From the IMG/VR virus record IMGVR_UViG_2049941000_000050: a stretch of 64,000 nucleotides of DNA; one strand, written 5' to 3'. The position numbers and the translations under genes were made by a program. Positions 55,701-64,000 of the stretch are shown here, in pieces. Within the stretch, counting starts at the first letter, position 1. Every line of letters starts with the position of its first letter. The notes below the pieces were generated by a model that saw only the letters and a program-made list of their open reading frames with translations, was not told where the DNA came from and did no database searches. This DNA is from an uncultured virus (IMG/VR IMGVR_UViG_2049941000_000050). Its lineage: Duplodnaviria > Heunggongvirae > Uroviricota > Caudoviricetes.

Positions 55701-57127
55701 CTTATTCAGACAGATGAACCCAAACTTGGGTTCAAGACTATCACCAGAGATTACCACCATATCCCCGACTCCGACTTTCTCGGAGTATAAGAAGAAATCC
55801 GCCACCCTGTATTCCCCATCGAGGAACACTTCGCCGTCTTTGACGGCGACATACGCACACGCCTCGTCAACCATATCGGGAACATACTCCCGACACGATT
55901 GCTTCCACTCCGTTGGAGTGGACTGTCTCTCACCCAACATATAGGCGATTTTCGCCTTTTTGTCAGATGGGGTATAAATGGTTCTCCAAGCCATAATGAC
56001 CGTCCATTTCTACGAGACCCTTCCAAAAAAGCTTTGGCGGAATGGGTCAGTATCCGCCAAAGCCGAACCCGAACTACCTAATCAAATAGGCGTTGCCACC
56101 GAAGATGGCGGAAGGTGATTTGCCGACTCCCATCAGCACGAACTTCGGCACTCTGTGCCGACACAGGTGTCAGCACCGTTATGCCTACCCCACCGTGACC
56201 CAAATGGGTCAGTTCCGTTAATAACGGCACTATCGCTACAGGCGGGAAAACCCCAGTAACGACATCATATTTATATGTCAACATAAATTTTTTCCATAAT
56301 GTGGCATTCGCTTCCCAATCGGCGTCTTCATCGGAAGACGCCTNNNNNNNNNNNNNNNNNNNNNNNNNNNNNNNNNNNNNNNNNNNNNNNNNNNNNNNGT
56401 GGTAATGTCCACTTCGCACTTGAGAAACTCTTTCAAGTCCTTCAATTGCTCTTCCGTCATCTGATGCCGACTTGCCCACAAAACTTTCTTTACTGCCATG
56501 ACTATTCCCCAACCCAAACAATTCGCCCCAAAACCCTATTGGGACGGAATTCGGAAACCCAATCGTTCCCGAAAACACCGCATATAATAACCGATGGCGG
56601 AAGCTTTGTCAACGAGTAATTTGATATTTTTTTTTAAAATTATTTTCACCGCCTTAATAATTCCTTCGTTTTCGTGCGAATACCGCATATAATATTCTTT
56701 GTCAACATTAAACCGTAAGAAAGTTATCGACAGCCAAACTGTTGATAACCTGTTAATAAATAGTTTCGCTTATAATATTGACAAACGGGAACCGGAGGCG
56801 GTATACTTTACCGGTCTCGGGAAGGGGAACCGGCGGGCTATAATTATCTCATAAATTGTTATTTTTGTAAAGAATAAAAATCGAAAATTTGAAAAAAAAT
56901 CGGCGGTAGATAGGAGAAACTACCGCCGATTTTACGATTGGGAGTTATTTTCTCCTCTCCCAATCATCGCACAACTGCTCACGGAGAGTTATTTCTCCGT
57001 AACGCTCACATTTCCCAAACGCCGACACAGTCGGCATATTGTACTCGTTGACAGTGTATTCCTCTTGCCAACGGGCGCACACCGCACAACAATGCGGTGT
57101 GAAAATCCCACTCTTACACTTCTCCAT
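40705..57127 (-). other. early-gene region: dozens of small hypothetical ORFs in promoter-headed modules
   Basis: Co-oriented short ORFs with strong RBS (e.g. 41472-42122, 45421-46149, 47494-48036, 48262-48735, 49455-50030, 50161-50859) and repeated TTGACA promoters. Confidence 0.75.
43232..43705 (+). CDS. hypothetical protein with Pro/Glu-rich linker
   Basis: GTAAATA at 43201, AAGGA RBS, PEEPTPEEP repeats; opposite strand to its neighbours. Confidence 0.65.
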   Translation: MVIKLEGRKGFIFQTLLQGLKEAHKAGTGGYKVEVQKKDEVDSKFLNAVKKEYSAKFIDDADYLIKVAIPKEEPAPEEPTPEEPVTESKNSENGEEGSRGDSPNGETEETSKLKETIIETVQRRLFIPETDKVEFFDLNDFKKEGYAVGFFKVSLGK

Positions 57128-57203
57128 AAATCCCCCAAAAACAGTTTCCGTCTAAAGCCACATTGGCTTTAACCGAACGGAAACCGACATTCCCAAGGGA
57201 AAC

Positions 57204-57275
57204 ATATCCGTGCGTGACTCGAACACGCATTCCGCAACTGGTGCGGAGTCTTTTCCGTTTAAAACGAACGGACAC
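57204..57275 (-). ncRNA. tRNA-like element, atypical anticodon arm, no CCA
   Basis: TGTCCGT/ACGGATA; D-like GTTTT-AAACGGA-AAGAC; TCCGC-ACCAGTT-GCGGA; T arm GCGTG-TTCGAGT-CACGC. Confidence 0.6.
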
Positions 57276-57863
57276 AATCTCCCTCGAAAACACCGCATAT
57301 AATAATCGCGGAAGCTTTGTCTAGCAAAAAAAGCTGAAAATTTAAAATTATTTTCTGTGTATTATTTTCCGCGCACGGATATCACGGACAGAAAGCTTTG
57401 TCAAGAAAAAAGCTTTAAGAAATAATTTTAAATTATTTCTTAAAATAATCTTGACAAACGAGATAATTTTATGGTATAATTCCGCGATAAAAATCTTATG
57501 CGGGAAGAACCGGAAAGGAGCGAATTATATCAAATTATTAGAGTTTTGTCAAGAAAATAATTTAAAATTATTTTTTACGGACAGGTGGTATTTTTTTACA
57601 TAATTTTAAATTATTTTATTGACAAAACGATAGTGAAATGTTATAATTCGAAATTATTTTCAACCGGAAGAAATTTTCCTGCGCGGTTAATTATAACAAA
57701 AAGATATTATTTTGTCTAGCATAAACTTCAAATTATTTTAAATTATTTTCACCAAATTAAAACCAAGGAAAAACGGTTACGGGAGAAAACCGGTTCCGGA
57801 AAAATTCATCTCCGCCGGAAAAACCCGGAAAGCGGAAAATTGTCAAGAAGAAAAACCGAAAAG

Positions 57864-57931
57864 TTATCAACAGGTTATCAACAGGTTGGGAAACGGTTTT
57901 CGGCGGAAAAGTTATCAACAGGTTATCGACA
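57864..57931 (+). repeat. four DnaA-box-like 9-mers (TTATC(A/G)ACA) as two 11-bp-spaced pairs
   Basis: At 57864, 57875, 57912 and 57923, in a ~1.3-kb non-coding region with AT-rich flanks. Confidence 0.65.
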
Positions 57932-58471
57932 GAAGAGAAAAAATTCGGGAAAACACCGGTCCGAAAGGAAACACCCCCCCGGGGGTAAAATACCGGTGAA
58001 AAGAGGGGTAAAAAGGGGGTGGAAAACCCCCATTTAAGGGGGTGAAAATCCCGGGACACGCGGGCGCGTGGAAGACCCACGGTACAAATATAATAAAAAA
58101 TTTCACGTAATTTGTTTAATAAAAAATTTTACGTGTTTTTTTTTTTTATGAAACCGCATATATTTTTTCTTAATAACAAATTTCACTTGAACTATCTTTA
58201 ATAATAACAAATTTCACGAGAACCGTTTTTCCGCCGACTCTGTTTTATAGCCCCGGTGATTTCCGGTTTGCTACCCATTTTATATTATATTGTGTTGTTG
58301 TATATTGTGCGGTTTGTAAAGGAGGGAGGGAAAAACACCGCGTATAGAAAACGATTAGTTGGGTCGACATTTTAAACGGTGAACGGTTTCGCAACCGAAA
58401 ACCTTAATGCCGCGAAAGAAACAACGTAAATAAATAAGCTAAACGTTTAACAGCGAGGGATTTTTTCAAAG

Positions 58472-58909
58472 ATGGACATCGACAGAAACATCATTAAGTA
58501 TTGGGCGAACCTTTTCGAGAGCGGTGAAGCGAGTGACGACCTCCCGACCCCGAACCTCCCGAAGGAGAGCGTCGGTTCCGCGGGCTACACCGGAGATAAA
58601 ATCTACGGCGACCTCGAGGATATTTATAGGCTGGTGGACTCCGCCGGTGACAAAATGTACGAAGCGTTTGAAATGTTTAAAAGCTTGGTGACCAGAATTA
58701 AGAAAGAAGCACCCGAATTCGAGAACGATGAGAGCATAGAGGAAATATACGACGGGTTCGCCAACATTATCGCCTAGCGTAACTTTAAGGACGCGTTCAA
58801 AAGACTTTGCGATTCCCTGGAGCGTTACGGTGATTCTGTCGAAGCTAAGGCGGACGCGGGCGTCGAAAAAGACGAGGTCGTTAAGTCCGACACGCCGGAC
58901 GGACAGTGA
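58472..58909 (+). CDS. hypothetical late protein read through TAG at 58775-58777
   Basis: GTAAATA at 58426. After FANIIA* the frame continues 43 codons (RNFKDAFKRLCDSLERYG..) to TGA. Confidence 0.6.
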
Positions 58910-58931
58910 CCGATTCGGACAGAAAATTCCC

Positions 58932-59682
58932 NNNNNNNNNNTTTTTGCGGGTTTTTAAAATATTTGTTCAGACTTTTTTCAAAATTGGACCAGTCGTTGC
59001 AGACCACCTTCTCAACAACAACGCTAACTAGTGTATTGGGGACAATCAACTCCGGGTTTTTTCTGTTTTTCTTTTTGTCTGTCTCTTCGTGGGAGGAGGG
59101 GGCGACAAGTTCCGGATGGTATTCGGCCAATTTCTCAAACACGTAGCTGTTCAAATCCAGACCGGTTCCTTCGATGTTCTTCTTATCGATTTTTACCCGT
59201 TCGAAATCCACCTTCGGCTTTTTTTCTTTTTTCTTTTCGCTTTCGGACAGTTTATCCCAGTTCTTAATCTTTTCCTGCTCCTCTTCCGGCAGGTTGTGAA
59301 AAGCTTCCAGATAACGCTTTCTGTTCTCGAAGAACACCTGTCTGAACGGGTACAATCCCTGGTCGTAAGCCAGGGTCGCGACCTCAAACCAAAGCTGTAG
59401 CGTTTCGGTCATTTCTATGGCGTCCTTTTTGCAACGTGTGTTCCCGTTAAAATCCTGGAGCCACTCGTTTTTCTTTTCCTCGTCGCCGTCGGAAAAAAAT
59501 CCGGACCACTCTTTCCCGCATCCCTTGGCTTTGCAGATTGCGCGGTAATTCCCCCCACCGTCGCATTCTATCGACAGTTTTCCTTTTCCACACTCCGGGC
59601 ACCGTGGATTGAATCCAAGTTGTTTCTTGGTGAGCTTTTTCATTTCGGTTCCGGTCGTCTCGGTCGTCTCGGTCATTTCCAA
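58932..59682 (-). CDS. zinc-ribbon hypothetical protein; C-terminus in gap
   Basis: CPEC...C..C near the N-terminus. Confidence 0.6.
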
Positions 59683-59799
59683 ATCCTTTCTTTAAAAACT
59701 TTTTCTCGTCAACGCCGTGTAATGTATCACAACGGTTTCAACTTTGTCAAGGAGATTCAAAAAAAAACGTAAATATCTTAAAAACCCGTTCAATATTTT

Positions 59800-60501
59800 A
59801 TGGAAGACAGTAATTTCGGAAAACTTTTCGACATCTACGACATAGGGGGTCTCTTGAGAAAAAGGCTCGGGAAAAACGGTGACGGCGGGTATGTCGTTCC
59901 GGAAGGGCTCCTTGGAAAAATAGAAAACTGCGTGACGTTCGGCGTCGGTCCCGACGTCTCGTTTGAAATTTCCCTCGACGGGATTTTTCCAGATAAAATC
60001 CATTTCGACTTTTACGACCACTCCGTCCACGGTCTTCCCGGTGTTCCGGAAAACAAAAAGAATATGGTTTTCCACCGCGAGATGGTCACACCGGAAAACG
60101 CCGAGGGGACGCTTTCCGGGAAAGATAACGTCCTTCTCAAGTTCGACATTGAGGGCGCGGAATATGGGCTGACCGACAAAATAAAGGACGAAACCCTCGA
60201 CCGCGTCGTTTTCTTGGTGTGCGAAATCCACTGGGTTGGAGAAAACCGCGAAAAAGCGCAGAAAATTCTTTCTTGGCTCGGGAAGAAATTTGTCCTCTTC
60301 CACCTCCACGGGAACAACAACACGAACAACTATTCCGACATAGACGGGAGAAAAATCCCGAACGTCGTCGAGCTGACGCTCGTCAACAGGAAATTCGCGA
60401 CCGAAGCCGAAATCTCGAAGGAAAGCTTCCCGATTCCCGGAATCGATTTTCCCAACGCCAACTGGATACCGGAAATGGAAATTTCCTGGGCGGGAAAATA
60501 A
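59800..60501 (+). CDS. FkbM-like SAM methyltransferase-fold protein
   Basis: RLG..GDGGY, FGVG.D.SFE, LKFDIEGAEY, CEIH, HLHGNN. Confidence 0.8.
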   Translation: MEDSNFGKLFDIYDIGGLLRKRLGKNGDGGYVVPEGLLGKIENCVTFGVGPDVSFEISLDGIFPDKIHFDFYDHSVHGLPGVPENKKNMVFHREMVTPENAEGTLSGKDNVLLKFDIEGAEYGLTDKIKDETLDRVVFLVCEIHWVGENREKAQKILSWLGKKFVLFHLHGNNNTNNYSDIDGRKIPNVVELTLVNRKFATEAEISKESFPIPGIDFPNANWIPEMEISWAGK

Positions 60502-60624
60502 TTAGGGCATAAGGGTAGGAATCAAAGCCACCCCGAGAACGGTCAGCAGAAACAGAATAATAACCGTGAGACAAGATTTCATATTTTTTGTGTCCTTTTC
60601 CCTTATTTAAGGAAAAAACAATTT

Positions 60625-62625
60625 ATGGCAATCGATAACAAAGAACTCGCGACGGTGAAAAAGCCGAACCAGGTCGAGTATATCACGAAGGAACTGCTCA
60701 TAGAGCGGTTGAGAGAGATAAAAAAATGTAGAGAGAATATATAGTACTTTGCGGAAAGTTATTATAGAATATAGTCGCTTGACCAAGGTCTCCACATCAT
60801 AAAACTCTATGATGTTCAGAAAGACCTTTTATCCTTTATGAAAGATAATAACCGGTGTGTCGTTTTGGCGGCGCGGCAAAGTTCCAAATCCACAACGTAT
60901 TGCATTTATCTTCTCTGGCTAACATGTTTCCATTCTGATAAAAAGGTGCTGATGTTGGCGCAAAACGAAAATACAGCGTTGGACCTTTTGGGAAGGATTC
61001 GACTGGGATACGAATATCTTCCATCATGGTTGAAACCCGGATGTGTGGAATTTAACAAGTCGTCAATTCTTCTAGCCAACCGTTCTAGTATAAAAGCGAT
61101 GGCTTCTGGAAGTGATTCAACACGGGGAACCTCCGCGAATTTACTCGTACTCGATGAGTTTGCATTTTTAAATTCTTCCGTTTCTGAAAAATTATTCACT
61201 TCCGTTTACCCAGTTGTCTCGTCGTCGAAAAACGGAAAGGTCATAATCGTTTCCACCCCGAACGGAAAAAATAACCTCTACTATGATATCTGGAGAATGG
61301 CGAACAACAAAAACGACCCGGACAATATCGACGGGTGGAAACCGTTCCGGATGGACTGGTGGCAGGTTCCGGGAAGGGACGAGAAGTGGAAGCAGGCGCA
61401 AATAGCCGCCATCGGGAAAACCAGGTTCGCCCAGGAATTCGGGAACGAGTTCCTCGACGACGTCCAGACGACGAAACTCATTTCCGACGAGGTCATAGAC
61501 CGCCACAGAATCCAGCTGACCGAGTTCAAGCGGAAGGGGATAAACGGAGGGAAAAACCTTTTCGTCGACTCGAAGGACAAAAAGAAGCAGTACACATTCA
61601 CGATGTACTACCAATTCGACCCGGACAGAACGTACCTCGCTTCCGCCGACGTGGCGGAAGGCGTCGGGAAGGACTCGTCTGTCCTTTACGTTTGGGACGT
61701 GACCGACACCTCCGACATAAAGATGTGTTTGAAATTCTCAGACAACCAGGTCTCCATCCTCGAGTTCGCCTACGTGACGACAAAGCTCCTCGAGCTTTAC
61801 TGCAACCCGTACCTTGCGTGCGAGTCGAACGGAATCGGTCTCGGGTACATAGAACAGCTGAGGGTCACCTACGGGTACGACAACCTGGTCAGGATGAACA
61901 AGAACGGCGGGTGCGGAATCGACAGCCACGTCACGCTAAAGTCGAAAGCTTGTCTCTGGTTCAGGGACATGATGACGACCGTCGGGTTCGGGTTCGAGCT
62001 GTATGACCCCGAGCTTCTGGACGAGTTCCCATCGTTCGTGAAGAAGGACACCGTCCAGCACAACATATACGCGGCGGTGAAGGGGAGCAACGACGACCAC
62101 ATCATGGCGATGATTTGGATGTGCTGGATTCTTAACCCGGCGAATGTCGAGAACTACTACAAGGTCACGGGGACCTTCACCGCCGGGACCAACCAGCTGT
62201 TCGCGAAAGGTCTGAAACCGCTTTTCCCGTACACCCCGTCGGAAATAGAAAACGCGCTGTCGAACAGCGTCGTGAATGATTTCCAGATATATAGGGAGAG
62301 GAACGAGTCTCTGTGCGACGGGAAAAAGCCGGTGGGAAGCGGCGGAAAGAGCCAGACCGGGAAAAGGTTCCAGGAAAAAGTCGTCCTCTCCGAGAGAGAG
62401 CTAATCGATATGATGCGGAGGAAAACAGCCGACGGAGACGACGGCGGGTATTCGCTCCAGGGGGGAGGAGGTTCCGGGGGGTTCTATTTCGCCTCGACCG
62501 GAAACGACATCGACTACAGAAACGGTTTCGACCCGGACAAACTAAACGTCATCTGGGAGGACGAGTTCTTCACCGGGGAAGAACCCGAGAGCGACAATAT
62601 TTTCGGAATCTTCGATTACGAGTGA
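60625..62625 (+). CDS. terL: terminase large subunit (T4 gp17-like); true start 60625 with TAGs at 60742 and 60772
   Basis: AAGGA RBS, EIKKC.ENI*YFAESYYRI*SLD.G, ARQSSKST, LDEFAF, VSTPNG, ADVAEGVG.D, CESNG, DDHIMA. Confidence 0.93.
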
Positions 62626-62661
62626 AACACGCGAGCTTTCCCACTCGTTTCTATAAAAACC

Positions 62662-62696
62662 AAAACCGCGTCGGTTTCCCGACGCGGTTTTTTTTT
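62662..62696. terminator. bidirectional intrinsic terminator
   Basis: AAAACCGCGTCGG-TTTC-CCGACGCGGTTTTTTTTT between convergent genes. Confidence 0.85.
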
Positions 62697-62716
62697 GGAA
62701 ATGATTTTGACCGAAA

Positions 62717-63256
62717 TCAAACCTGGTACGCGAGGTCCAGAATGACCTCAAACTCCTCATTGGTGTACATTTTCATAAAGCGGTCGTAAGCCTTCTTGCA
62801 CGCTTTGTACGCGGTGTTAGCCCTCTTGTCGTCGGTGTACCCGAATTCCGCCTTGAAATCCCCCGGTGACATGTCCGGGTAGTTGAAGAATATCCCGGCG
62901 TCCATAATTCCCATCGCGAAAGCTACTTCCTTGTCGGTCGGCGTTCCGTCTTGTGTGTTTTTGACCGAATCCCAGAAAACGAAATTCGTCTTCCCCTTCG
63001 GGTTGCTGACGAAAACCCTGTACTTGTTGTGATAGTCCCTCGTGTTGAAAATCGGGGAAATCTCGCACCCCATCTTTTTCATCGTCACCGTGGTGTTTGT
63101 CTTTTTCAGGAAATCGTCGATTGAGGAGGCTTCGAACGTCCCGTCGGAAACTTCTTCCTCTTCTTCTCCGGTCTGTCCGGACATTCCGGTCTCGTCATTC
63201 TCAAGCTCTTCCAAAACGAGCTCCCTTATGCTTTTCTTCGTTTTCTTAATTGTCAT
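62717..63256 (-). CDS. hypothetical protein
   Basis: 179-aa ORF overlapping the stop of the upstream tail gene. Confidence 0.65.
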   Translation of the reverse strand: MTIKKTKKSIRELVLEELENDETGMSGQTGEEEEEVSDGTFEASSIDDFLKKTNTTVTMKKMGCEISPIFNTRDYHNKYRVFVSNPKGKTNFVFWDSVKNTQDGTPTDKEVAFAMGIMDAGIFFNYPDMSPGDFKAEFGYTDDKRANTAYKACKKAYDRFMKMYTNEEFEVILDLAYQV

Positions 63257-63999
63257 TTTCCTTCTCCGTTGTCAATGTAGAAATTTGAATACGCGAGCAC
63301 CACCGAGTGGTGCACCTCCTCCGCGCTCGCGGACTCGAGACTCAGTTCCTGGAAGCTCTTTATCCAGCAGTTCTGAAACACAAAGTCTATTATGCGGTTT
63401 TTAAACGAGTCGATGAGCCAGACCCTACAATCGACGAAATCCTTTATCGCTATCGTCTCCACGTTCGAGGTGTCGGCTATCTGGTTAATCTGCCCCTCCG
63501 TCGCCGAACACCAGGTGTAAAGCGACCTGTAGTTCATCCACTTTTCGTCGACGATGTACTCTATGACTATCTCTTTCGTTTCCGCGTCCATGACGTGCGT
63601 CGGAAACTCGAACGAGTAACCTTTGAACGAGGTTGTCGTCGAACCCATAACTATCTGCGGAACCGAAAACCTGGTAAGGTTCAGCTCGAGGTTGTTGTAC
63701 CTTTTCCCAAGAACGTTCATCAGCGGGAAATATCCGACCCATTTGTTGACGTGGGAATAGTTGGTGTTCAGCCCCTACATCCTCGCCAGTTCGGACAAGT
63801 ATCCGGTTTCTCCGTCCCGCCTGTTTCCGCCGTTTCCGTTCGGATAATCCGACCCGCCGCCGTTCAGTCTCTCGATTGCCTGAAGAATCGGGTCGGTGGT
63901 GTTCGGAATTGTCGAATATCTGATTCTTCTGAATCCCGAACCGGCGGTTCTGTCTGGTTTTGTGTTGGGAATATACTCCCGACCGTTCAGATTCTGGAC
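63253..63999 (-). CDS. T4 gp3-like tail completion / tube-fold protein, in-frame TAG at 63775-63777, open to the window edge
   Basis: VPQI.MG.T, IEYIVDEKWMNY..LY.W, F.NCW. The frame is open upstream except for one TAG (ARM*GLNTNY). Confidence 0.7.
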
Positions 64000-64000
64000 G

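Overview
This is a 64 kb, gap-rich scaffold segment of a large T4-like (jumbo) tailed phage. It encodes a terminase large subunit, gp13-like neck and gp3-like tail-completion proteins, clamp-loader subunits, an Rnl1-type RNA ligase, a UV-repair glycosylase, a large R-M-like methyltransferase and many small early genes behind sigma70 promoters. Five things stand out. (1) TAG appears to be read as an amino acid, most likely Gln, in late/structural genes: in-frame TAGs split the terminase, neck, tail, a GIY-YIG endonuclease, an unknown gene and one TnpB. Early genes still end at TAG, and several of the split genes follow a GTAAATA late-promoter-like motif. (2) Two CRISPR arrays share a 32-bp repeat with no cas1/2/3/5/6/7 in the window. 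Each array's trailer end abuts the right end of a TnpB element, and a native-composition, C-terminally extended TnpB sits co-oriented upstream of the array-2 leader. (3) A minus-strand ncRNA island (39.2-40.6 kb) holds tmRNA, two tRNA-Arg, an 8/4 long-variable-arm CAU tRNA, Y-RNA (YrlA)-like circularly permuted tRNA mimics and two solitary CRISPR repeats, one folded against its own anti-repeat. (4) There is a phage-borne PEP-CTERM protein and a Tat-signal-bearing terminase-ATPase paralog. (5) There are two expanded paralog families and a modular early-promoter region. All product calls come from motif recognition by eye; no database searches were run. Assembly gaps affect both arrays and several genes.
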